Positions 11,688 through 24,000 of a stretch of 64,000 nucleotides of DNA are shown piece after piece (position 1 is the first letter of the stretch; each line of letters opens with the position of its first letter). The position numbers and the translations under genes are program-made. Origin of the DNA: Lingula anatina. Taxonomy: Eukaryota; Animalia; Brachiopoda. The notes under the pieces are model-generated. The model worked only from the letters and a program-made list of their open reading frames with translations. It was not told where the DNA came from and did no database searches. The stretch lies in contig CM120641.1 in assembly GCA_051362555.1 (NCBI GenBank), positions 19,158,001-19,222,000 on the forward strand, in the 5' to 3' direction.

Positions 11688-12627
11688 TAGTCAGAAAGTT
11701 TTCATTTATGATAGATCCCTCAGTCTTGATGATGACTAATTAGTCCCTCTTGCCCCCTCCCCCTGGGGTGGGTTTGAGCATTTGGATCTGGTGTTGACTC
11801 TCTCACTTACGTTTTCCTTTACATCTTTCTTGTGTTCATCTAGTCTTGTTTCTAATTTTCTTCCCGTCTCTCCAAAATAAACTCTGTCACAGCTCCCACA
11901 CCTGATTTCATATACTATTCCACACTTCTTGTTGTCTTCTATCTTATCTTTTGGATGTACAAGAAAGTTTCTGAGTTTTGTGTGTGGTTTGAATGACACT
12001 CCGATGTTTTCCTTCCTCATTGCATTAATGATTTTCTCTGAAATTCCTTTCACGTATGGGATTGTAACTTGTCCTTTGGATTTTTCCACTTTCTGGTCTT
12101 TCTTATTTTTGGATATCTTATTTCCTGATCTTTTCATTTCCATTTGATGTTTCACCTTCTTTATTGTCCATTTTGGGTAATTACATTGTTTCAATGCCCC
12201 TTTTATAATGTTTTCTTCTTCCATTCTGTCCTCTGGTTCAGTCACTAGTTCGTAATAGTGATCTAACAATGTTCTTACCACTGCCAATTTGTGTACTACT
12301 GGATGGTGGGATGTGAAATCCAGATACTGGTTGATGTGAGTTTTCTGTACACTTTGGTTTTTATGGACCCATCTGCTTTGACTAGAATGTCTGTATCCAA
12401 GATTGCTATATGGTTGTCCTTCATTTCTTCATTGGTGAATTTTATGCTATTCATCAAGACTGAGGTAATTACCTGTTCACCTTCACCTGAACAGGTAATT
12501 CAGTTGTGACCAAGTCTGTCAGAGTGAACAGACGAAACAGTCAACAGGTAAATCAAATTTCAGGATCTATCATAAATGAAAACTTTCTGACTATCAAAAC
12601 TAAGATCCTATGAAACTATTTTCACAT
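11688..12627 (-). mobile_element. Penelope-like retroelement fragment (RT C-terminus plus GIY-YIG endonuclease) with inverted terminal-repeat segment
   Basis: Minus strand encodes IKFTNEEMKDNHIAILDTDILVKADGSIKTKVYRK, then after a frameshift HINQYLDFTSHHPVVHKLAVVRTL...IPYVKGISEKI...LVHPKDKI...GIVYEIRCGSCDRVYFGETGRKLETRLDEHKK (GIY-YIG). Inverted repeats 11688-11718/12563-12593 and 11718-11732/12451-12465; flanking direct repeat 11676-11692/12628-12644. Confidence 0.92.
12503..12545 (+). ncRNA. Minimal type I hammerhead ribozyme-like motif (PLE-associated, G3-C8 variant)
   Basis: GTT-GTGACCA-A-GTCTGT-cagagtga-ACAGAC-GAAA-C-a-G-TC-AAC: stem I GTT/AAC, core GUGACCA, 6-bp stem II, GAAA, minimal stem III, GUC cleavage triplet; lies in the PLE terminal repeat, where such motifs are known to occur. 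Confidence 0.7.
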
Positions 12628-13072
12628 TAGCAACATATGTAGTCTGCTGTGTATGATTTGAAGGGACACAGTTAGTGTTACACATTTATTACGTATAGCA
12701 AAAATTTAATTCTCTCAGCATTTCAACAATTTGTCCTTAATCACAAAGTCATACCGTATCACACATTTTTTTTGGCAGAATTACATTTCATAAACCTATA
12801 TTTGAGTCACGCTTGTAATGGAAGTAGTGCATTTCAGTAATTTTGATAAAATTAAGAATATAGAACTTCAAATGGGTTTACAGTTTGTAATTTTCGCAGC
12901 TATTTTGGATATGGTATACCTTGGTGATAATTGAAAAATTGGTGAAATTTCTAGGAATTTTTATTTTTGCTTTTAAGAGGTCTACACACTGCTTAGCTTT
13001 CAAGAGAAAAACAATACATATGTCAATAGTATTGATGTAACAGGCTCTTTCATGCTTTACTGGTGAGGGTGT

Positions 13073-13074
<2 letters not shown>

Positions 13075-13103
<29 letters not shown>
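13075..13103. repeat. Poly-A tract
   Basis: Run of about 29 A. Confidence 0.9.
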
Positions 13104-13107
<4 letters not shown>

Positions 13108-15069
13108 ATTCATAAACCTGTCAAGTACAAGAAATGTGAGGCTTTATGTTAAGTGGCCAAATACTTTTATATATTGAATTTTATAATTTATAAAGCTTTA
13201 TATATTGTAAAACTCAGATATTTTGGAATATTTTCCTTGCAAGTACCATGTTGTGCTTGTAGTTTAGCTGAGAGAAGCATTTATTTTTAATACACATAGC
13301 CAACATTCCTTCATGAGACAAACAGATATAGGTTTTTATCATCAAGTAGGTTTTGGAAGTTAATCACTTTTAAAGCAGGTTTGCTCATTTTTAAAAGGCT
13401 TAGGGATTTTAGGAGGAAAGCTTTAACTTTTAAGTGGCACTTTCAGTATTTTGTTAATTCTGGTCTTAATAAAAACTAAATATACTTTGCAATATACTTT
13501 TGTTTTGGATGAAAAAGATGTGAAGTGTAGGCCACATTGTGACACTTTTTTTAAATTTTGTAACATTATACAGATTATATTGTGTCGCTAAAGAGGAATA
13601 CTGAGTAAAGCTAGACTCAACATTAAAAAAATTAATTAGTTACATAATGATAAACCCTAAGTCTATCATTTAATCAAGTTTTGTTTTTATTACTTTCGAC
13701 TATAAAGATGAAAGTGGGCCTTTAAAAAAATCCTGAAAATGTTACGCACGTAGCACCAAAGGCACTCTATATGGGAGGTCCATGGAAAAGTGGGTGGGTG
13801 GGGGAATAAATGCAACATTCAAATACAACTTTTATCTCAGACTATTTTGTAAGATTTGAGGGCAGTTTTAATTCTAAGATTAAGAAGAAATATGCAATTA
13901 AACAAGGTAAATATCTTTAACCATTTGAGGTTATTTGTGTATATGTTTGGTGTACTTGGTCACTAATTTTTCTGAAGTATTGTGTCCAAACTAGTCCATC
14001 TCAGTGCAGTCTTACATTTCAAATAGGATTTTAATGAAATAGAACATGTCTAAGCATGCTGGAGTTTCAGGTGAAAGCCTGACAGATTAATTGATTTTAT
14101 GATGTACCATGGGAGATACCTGATATTAAAATTGGAAATTATCCAAATCAATATAAGTATAATTATAGTAATATTTATTGTCATACATGTGAGTGAATAT
14201 AATAAAATATACATGAATAATAATAATAATAATACTTGAAAATATCTGGTATTGGAAGCAGTATTTAAAATGCATAGATCAAGGGAAAAAATCCTGTACA
14301 TGACACCATTTTTTTATATTGCTGGTAGTCTCTTGACCTCTTTATCCGAAATATGAATCATAGTGATAATAATAACAACAATAACATATTATATATGTAC
14401 AACCATAATAATTCTTATTTTAATGAGTGATTGAGATGAAGGAATTCTTGATATGCTATATTGCAGGTTCAGTGCATATGCTTGCTGAAAAGGTTACCCT
14501 ATCTGTGCTATTGCATTCCTTATGTGACCATATTGCAATACTTCTAATACAGAAGTTGTATTTTAATAATGATTGCAAAATAAAGCTGGTTACTTTTAAA
14601 TAAAATAAATACTTCTGGTTTATAAACATAACTAAATATATTCAGTATTTTAAAAGAAGTTTCTTCACATCTTTCTGCAAGATATGCTGTAATTTACATT
14701 TTGAATAACTTCCCTTTTCAGTTCTTTACAATACAATACAACACAACTTGCTTTATAGAACTCAAAATAAGGAAAATAAATCATATTAAGATACCGGTAG
14801 GTCAAAAAATAACTCATAACAGATATAATGGATATGACTGAATGTTCCATAATTATAAATAACAAATTATGAAATATAATTACTGGAATGGACTGAAAAA
14901 AAGTTTTTGATTTTAATCTCTCAATTTGCACATCTTTGTAATTTTGATCAAATTACATAATCAAGTATTGAACTCTGTTTACTTGAAAGTCAATTTATTT
15001 GACACATGATCTTACACTGGTAACAATTCAAACAGTTGTCTAAGAGGGAGGGGGGAGAAGTGTCAGATG

Positions 15070-17988
15070 CTACTTCTGAAACTTCTTCATTCTCTCGGCA
15101 ACACTCAGTCCAGATCCACTTCGTGGAAAATCTGAGATGACCCTGCCCTCAAAGTCTGATGACCCTCTCTTTCCACCAAGCAATTGACTAACTGGCATCC
15201 CGGGGGTACTTTGAGATCTTCTTAACTCTGAAAATTGAAAACTAAATGGGTAAAGAAGAAATATATTACAAGTAAGATTTTTAACATGATTTAAAACATA
15301 CCACTGGTCGTGATCGATAGTTTGATGAAAATGGACATTACAACTACATCTAACACGACACATATCTTTCTCTTACAACATCAAAAAGGCCCACCATAAG
15401 CCTTGGAGGACCTCTTCCTGCCAGGGGTGCTCTTAGTGGGCTGCGGTGAACTCTCGTGGGGCTCTGGACTCGCACTGAGGCTACGGGGGCTCTTGGGCTC
15501 TAAAAAAATGTAATAAAGGTGTCATGGCCTTGAAACAGTATAAAAATCTATTATCAGTACAAGTTCTTTTTGTCTTTATTTGCAATACTATACAGTATTT
15601 TGTTCTCTATTTTTTATTTCCTTTTCTTTCTTTTAACAATTTAGAATTTAGTTTATATTCTTCTTTCTGGTCCAGACTGATTTGAAGCACATTGTCAGAT
15701 CTAGGATTTTGCAGAGGGCTGGTGCGTATATGTGTGGTTGAAGGGCATGTGGATGGATTAATTACTCAACTCTTTTGTCTCGTTTCTATTCTTAAACTTT
15801 TTTTTTTTTTGGGGGGGGGGGGGGGGAGAGAGAGAAGCAGTGGGGGTTGGCAAGTGACCCACTATGGGCTTCCCATCACGTCATGGCACAACAAAAAGCA
15901 ATTTAATATCCATGAATAACAAGCTCATGTTGTTTTGTATGTAGTTTTTAAAGAGTATTTTTGGTCAAGAAGCATCAAAAAGTGGCCATAACATATAAGT
16001 GACAAAGATCACTTGAGATCTGCCCAGGCATTTGTAACATTTGAATTACAAGTTTAAAAATTTGTTTAAATTTTCCCATTCATCATTTGATAGCTTTATG
16101 AATTTTTTAAACTGCTTTATGCATTTTTTAAACAAACCTCTTCTGTTCCTTTCCCTTCCTCTTGATCTTGAACTCTCTTCTCTCTTTTTATCTCGACTTA
16201 GCTTTTCAAAGCTTTCTTTCAGATTGGCCAATTCCAGTTCATGATTTGCCTTCTCTGCTTGAAAGTTGGTGTACAATTCATTATATTTGTCTGCAGTTTC
16301 ATCTTGTGCCTGAAACAATTAACAAAACATCATACACATCTGATAACTAGCACCTATGTATGTATCTACTTCGAAAAAGTCTGTGCAAAATCCATCATCA
16401 TAGTAGCGAGTATAAATATTTTAGAAATACCACATTATCCAACTCATAAACAAATCAAATCACTGGAAGCAAAGTGGCAGATCGCTGGTATGATTCAGAA
16501 GTTGTTATTCTTAGAGCAGGGCATCCCTACATCCCCAGCACTGGCTAAGGAGACAAAGATTTTTAAGTGGTCACCAGATGTTTTTATTTTTACATTTTCT
16601 TTTTTCAACCTAAATATCTGTTCCTTACATCTTCAGCCTCCTGTAGCTGGTCTCTTAGATCTTCCAGTTCCTCTTTCAGCTGTTGAATTTCTAGATCTCT
16701 TACCCCAATGGCAACCTAAAATAAAACAATCAAGTCATATTATAACACCTGGTTGTTCAGCATTTTGTATGAAAGTATGAAAACTACTTGCAGAGTTGAA
16801 AATGCAAATTTTGTGAATTTAGTTTGACTAGCAAATATATAAGATATGCTGTGGGATTTTTGTATATTTAGTCATTATGGAACATTGAATTTATTTATCA
16901 ATACAATGATGCATAGAATATCAGGTACATTATGTTTATTTATTTTATTTTATTTTGCCATGCCTGCTTCAAATGTCCAAATTTTCAATCATAATTTTCA
17001 AAAATTTGAAACACGCACACACACACCTTCAACTCCCCGGTTTCCTTTGAATCTCCTTCTTCAGGTTGACTGATGTGTTCCAGTTGGTTCTTCAGGCTGC
17101 CGATGTCCTCATCAAGACGAATGCTAAGGGCTTCATTCCTAGAACAAAAATATACCTCTGATACTAAACAAATTTGACTGCATTCATCCTTAATGAAAAT
17201 GAAAAAAAGTTTTTTTTTTCATATTAGTGTATTCAATTAATTAGTTGCACCTGATTTTTTCAACCTGTGTGTGTGTGTGTGTGTGTGTGAGTGTGTGTGT
17301 GAGACAGAGAGAATGAGAGAGAGAGAGATTGATGTAAATTAAGCTTACGTAGTCATGAGTTCATGCAGGTGTTTCCTGCTGTCCTTCAGCATCTTAACAT
17401 GTGCCTCCAGACGTTCCTCCAGTGCAGACTTCTCCAGACACTTAATGGAGTATTGCTCAGACAGTATCTTCACTTCCTCCCGTACCATGTTCAAGTCATC
17501 TCTGAATAAAGTATGAAAACACAACATTATGCAATAAATTACAGAATACAGAAAATTCAGAAAATGAAAAGAAGATATTCAGAATCACAGAAAAACAAAT
17601 GACTTGATGGTAATAATTCTGATTTTGACTGGGTTAAATATCTGCAACACTTTTAGAGTTCAAGGGCCCCTTATTTTTTATTAGCTTCATCTTTTTTGGT
17701 GAAATAAACCAAATAGCCTTATTCAAGTTTTGCTGTAAATGACTATTGCAAGTGGTTTTAATATTCTACCAATATCATGGTGCATGTTCACATTTATTTA
17801 TCAAAATCAAAGTTATGAATGAAGCAACTTACTCATACTCTTGTCTGATATCTTCCAAGTCACCGTCAGAGAACACCTTGGCCAACTTTTCCTGCATTTT
17901 GGCCTTTTCTTCAGCCAGCTGAGCTTCATGTGCTTTACGCATGGCATCAAGGGCTAAAATGTATATCATTTACTTAAATAGATACAGG

Positions 17989-18027
<39 letters not shown>

Positions 18028-21000
18028 CCTAGTGGATCTGACATTCTAGGTTGGAAAAATCAGAGACTAGTATCTCCAAATAAGAAAATGGGATACAGAA
18101 AATTTGGGAAAATTATAATTGTAAGACAAGTTTTTGGGAAAATGTAAGAAGATGAAGTCAAGTCTCAAATGATATGAAATCTGCACTACCCTCTCAAGAT
18201 TGGGGTATTTCACCATAATAATCTGACTCATTGCTTGCTAACAAGGAAGAAATTTTAAAAAGAGATATTCATAAGTAGCACAGGTTCACTTAAAACTACA
18301 AATCTGAAAACAGATTTGTAAGGATGGAAAGTTCAGGTCAGAGAGAAGCCACAAAACACATTCAAGAAAATGGACTCGCTGTACAAAAATTACAATACAC
18401 ACAAAAGTTCCACATTAGACAATATTCATACTGCACTCCAGGGAACTATAACAATACCCTAGACTCACCCTTATGCATTCCCTCATAGAGGACTAAATAA
18501 AATGCAAAAACCTTATATATCAAACCAACCACAATGGTTTGGGACCAGGTTCTTCATTATTAAAATTTCCTAACATGTCTGCATCTTGCATATGAACTTA
18601 AGAAGTATTCACTTGAAGTTAACTATTATAATCCCAGGTCTGCTAACTATGTCACATGCCCTCCTAGGAGTCCTTGAGATAACTAAATGGGAGTATAGAT
18701 TGCTGTGGGAAACTAAATATTAAGTCTACTCTGGCCAAGGATAAATCAGTAATAGCCCACTTTAATGAGGAAACTAGACCTGTTAAAAAATGGTTTGATT
18801 ATATTTTTGTAAACTATTACAAACTTCTAAACTAATTTTTTAAAACTTAAAATCAAGACAACTTTCAATATAATCTCTTTTGTGAAAAGAAGGGCCTTTA
18901 ATTTTTTTTTTTTTGTCACTGACAGCATAAAGGATTAAGATTGTGTAGGGGTACGGAGGGGGTTTGTGTGTAGATGATATATCATTTGTAATCTACTTTA
19001 AAAAAGAAAAGTGGCGAATTTATATCAAAATAATTTTAATTTTGAAATTGTTACAGGGGGGACAAATCAATGTCACTTGAAATTTTACCCCAGCTCCCTT
19101 ATTATCATGTTTACCCATGAACTGTATATCATGATGTTTACCAGACTGTGTGGCTTTTGTTTCTTCATCAAGAGCATGATCTTTTTCTTTCTTCAGGATT
19201 TCCACTTCTTTTTTGTGTGTGTCTCGGATTTCTTTCATCACTTTTTGGTGGGACCTTTCCATGGCAGCTAAACCTTGCTCACAAACATCCTGTCAAAACA
19301 ATGATATCAATGATGAGGACCTACAAATGCTGCATTAACTGACAAAAGAATGCATAATGTATGATACATAAATAGGCCACATTTAGCACAGCATTATTTT
19401 TTATTCAAGTGCACTGAATATGAAAGAGAATTAATTTTTTTACCTTCAGTTTATCAATTTCCTTTTCATACTTCCTACGGACACTGGCTTCGTCCACACC
19501 CTGGGACTGGACACTGGTCAACAGTTTGACAAGATCTTCTTTGCATCTGCCTAACTCTCTCTGGTGAATCTGCTTCTGTCTCTTTAGCTCGTGTTCATAT
19601 TCATCCTAAGTGATACAAACAGGGCTAAATTAACCAAGGCCTCAGAAACAATGTATACGGAGTTCATATTTTTTTCAGAAATGACAGCACCTTTTCCTCT
19701 TTTTTGTCAAACATTTGGGCTTTCTTTTAATGAATTTTCCATGGGAATTAATCCAGAAAATTGCTGTTTATACATAATGAAAGTGTTGGATCCTTTTTCT
19801 CTGACGAATGAAATTATCTGGTCTCTGATATCTTAATTAATTCTGACTGACTAAATAGTATGACATACATCCTTGTGCTTACTGCTTGTACAAGATAAAA
19901 ATATCCACAAACCACCATCTCTTAATCATTCTTAAAACACTGCAATCAAGTGTTTATTTGTTTAGTAGCACCACAACAAAATAAATGTGTAAAATATAGC
20001 AGTACAAAAACTAAAATCATTTAAAACAAATCATATAATTTCATGGGGTAAAGAAAAAAAAATCGAGCACAAATCATGCAATCATTATTAGATAAATCAA
20101 ACACGAACAACACAACACATAATCACTTAACTTCAAACAAATCATATCAACATTCATCATCCTAACAATAAGTTTCAGTCCTTTGCACACTATGTATCAA
20201 CGAGTTTGGCAAAGTCAAAGTGGGATCTTTCTCCATGAAAACTTACAAAGAAAAAAAAGGGCATTCATTCAGACCATAATCTGGGCCACCTACCTGCATG
20301 TCCATCACCCTCTGCTCTAACTGCTGGATGCGTTCCTGCAGCGCCTGGCTATTTGTGTGGTCAGGTGGACCAGGGCGGACTTTGCTTTGCAAGCTGGATT
20401 GCAGGCTCTCCAGTTCAAGCTGGGGAAGGAGATTACGGCACAATGCAAGGGAGCGACTTTAGGAACAGGGGTCAAGGGCAGGCACAGTTCACATCATAGA
20501 TCGACATTCCACTTGCTTTGTTAAACTGCATGTGTACAGTTCTCTCTCTCTCTCTCTCTTTTTTGAAAAATTGCTTTTTTTCTGATAGTGCATGTCATCC
20601 AATTTTTTTAAATAATCATAATTTTTGTTTTAGGGAAGTGATCAAAGTTAGGAAGCAAATGAAAGCAGTGACCATGAGATGGGCTGTGAGCTGCCTGTAC
20701 ATGTTATAATCAGATAAAATCAAAACTGCAATCAACTTTAAAAACAAAACTTTAAACACAATATACATACAATATATATCAACATATCAAATCAAAAGCA
20801 ATCATTGTACTAATTATATAACAAGCAAAAAAACAAAGAACCGACTGCAGAATCATTCACAAATGAAAAACAAAATTGTCTGGGTGACCAAAAATATGGT
20901 TAAAAACTGACACATTAAGAATTGACGAAAATGTAAAATCAAAACTGGTGTAGACATGCCAAAACCCCTGTTAAGATGCAATACTGAGCCAAATGGCTTC

Positions 21001-24000
21001 AAAGATAGACCATACTGGGCCAACATTGCACGTAATCTTTTCTTGTAGCTCACCTGGTGTTGTTTTTTTTCTTCTTCCACCTGCTGTCGTAATCTGACAA
21101 TCTCGTCCTGGAGATCTGTCCCCACCCTATTCTCTTGATCCCGCACAGACTTCAGGGCCATCCGCATGTCTGTTTTCATCTCTTCTATTTCAATCTGATG
21201 TTGTTCTCTGAGTTTGTCCATTTCCTCCTGAAGCTTCTGCTGATCCCCTGTGCTCGACTCCTTCTGCATTTTCAATGCACCAATTTTTTCCTCGTATTCT
21301 TTCTTTTTGCTTTCCTGCTGTTTGAGAAGTCTATCGATTTCATTTTTGGCATCCTGGACCTCTTTCTTCATTGATTCAATATACTCGTCATGCTTGTCTT
21401 TCATGGTTTGCAAGTTTTCTTTGTGCTTTTGTTCCATGTTGCTCATCCTCTTCTTGTACTCTTCTACCATTGCCAGCTCGGACTCTTGACTATCTATTGT
21501 GACTTTAAGCTGAGATGTGGTACACTTCAATTGGTCAATTTCATCTCTCAAATGATTAGTACTTTGGGTGTACTCTACACGTTCTTTTTCAAGTCTTTCC
21601 TCATATTCCCTTTTCATAAAATCCAAAGCCTCCATTTTGTCTTTTTCAGCTGTTTGTTTCAACTGCTGGACATCATCTTGGTTGATGTATTTCACTTTGT
21701 TCACCAAATACTTGAGCTGAGCTTCTAACAAAGCTTCTCTGGCTATCGTATTGGCACATTCATTCAATGAGCACACATCCTTAAACAAATCTAGGTCAAG
21801 GTCACAGACATGTTCTGCAAGACTTTCTATTTGGGAATCAACATCTGAAGGATTTCCAAAAAGCTGTCCCTTGAAAGCATCCAACTGTTGGGCAACATTT
21901 GCTTTTACAGCAGTCCGCAGACTGGATTTCTGACTAGTATCAAAAGAAAACACAACCTCACTTCCTTTGAGAGATCCAAAGAAAGGATACTTCGTTTCAT
22001 CAAAGGAAACCCCAGAATCTCTAGCACTCAATTTTGTGTGCTTTTTCTTGCTTATGTAATTGTGCAGTTGAGTGGCACAATAGACAAGCAAACCATTGAC
22101 CAGAGCTCTCAACACCATCAAATCTCCTGCTTCTTTACCAGGATGTAGAACAGTTTGCTGATATTGATAGTCAGTTTTCAATAATAAAACCAAATGATCA
22201 ATCTCATTTTTGATTAAAACTTCAAAACATGACATATCTTTTTCAGTTAATATGTTCTGCACAGACTGGTAGAGTAGCACTGCAAGCTCTGCTTGAACCA
22301 CTTCCTGCGTGACAGAACTCCTGTCAAAACCTGCCTCACTGCCTGTACTTACTGGTGCTTGATCTTTTAGCATATGTTCCAAGTCATTCAACTTTTGATT
22401 CCTAAATGCATCTATTGCTGTTAACAAACTATTTTCTTTTTCACATAATCTCTGTTCAACAGACTTTAATTCCATCTCTAAAAGTTTACACTTATCATCA
22501 AATGAGGACTGTTGTTGAAGTTTATTCAAAATGTCAGACACTTCACTTTGCAATAAAGAATTAGAAGAGGAATCCTTGTACAACCTTGCATCAATTTCGG
22601 TTGTGAAAACTTGAGATTCTGGTAAAATCTCAGCACTTTCTCCAAAACCAGAGGCCATTTTGTCTATTAAAGTTAATGCTTCCCCATTTTCCATTAATCT
22701 TTCTGCCATCACAGCTGCAAATGATGCAAATGACTGTTGATGAGGTTTGTACAGCCGCTCCTGCTTCACCATCTGCCAGGTTTCCTGCAAGTCTTTCCAG
22801 TATGAGGATTTACCTTCAGTATCACCCCTCTTCCCACGTACAATATAGTCTGCCTCCCCTAACAAGATGGCCTCCAAGGCAAGTTTCTCTGCAAAAGTTT
22901 TCAGACGATGCTCCACAGCTGCTGAACTGACCAATTGCTTGCAGTCGCTTTCCTCCAATTCTTGCAAAACTTCTTGTAATCTTCCCCTTACCCATCCTCT
23001 TGACAAATCCACCCTTTGGGACTCCACATCTGCCATAAGGCTGCCCAGTTTTGCTTGGCAGTTATCTAAAGTCAACTGACTGCTGTTCAGTTTGCTTTGG
23101 ATGTCCTTCACTTTTTTGTGGTCGGTATTTAAGTTCTGCAGAGACTGGACTGTTTCTTGCAATCTTGATTCCAAACTGGTTGTTTTCTTTTTCAACGTTC
23201 TAATCTTTGCCATAAGTGCTGGGTTATCATTTTCTATATTTGATGAATCTGAATCAGATAGTTCATTTTCTGAAGACTGCTTTGAATCACTTCCTGATTT
23301 TCGTTTTCTAGCTTGTTTGGTAGAATCCGACTGCTCACCTTCAGACATAACATCTTCCGCAACTGCCTGTTGACTAGGCCTTTGAGATTTCAGGAAACTT
23401 TCAGCATACTTTAATCTGTTTTCTATCTTTTGTATCTGGGACTCTAGCTCCTGGGTAACATTTTCATAATCTACTTTGGGTCTTTTTGGTCTGTCTGGCT
23501 TATTTGTGGCTTGGTCAGTTTCCTGTGTTTGCTTTCCAGCAGACAAGTTACAAAGTTCCTCTACTTTGCCAGATACAACTTCAATCTTGCTATGAATTTT
23601 GGACTCAAGGCAGTCCAACTGGGATTTCAGTTTTTCGTTAACAGCCTTCAGATGAACAGACTCTTTTTCAGATTGGTCAATCAACTGTTGTAACTTTTCA
23701 ACCTCTTGGCTTGTCCTTTCAAACTTCCTCTTCAAGTCTGAATATTCTTTATGAATGGACTCTGACCTGGGTGGTACTGCCTCCGGTAGTTCTGATGTTG
23801 ACTGAAGTCCAGCTGTTTTAAGTTTAGCCTCTGCATCTTGCAGCTGACTACTCAATTTGCTGACATCTGCACACACACTGTCATACTTAAGTTTCAATTC
23901 AGCCAAGGCATTTCCACCTTGTTTCTTGCTCAGCTGCTGTATGATCTCTTCTTGCTCACTGACTTTCTTCTGCAGCAGCGCCATCTCTCCTTTCAGATCA

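Noticed and set aside
13075-13103. Poly-A tract as a retrocopy tail
   Set aside because: No AATAAA, TSD or recognisable element directly upstream.
16241-16780. 179-aa plus-strand ORF
   Set aside because: Antisense to MPRIP exons and intron; no recognisable domain.
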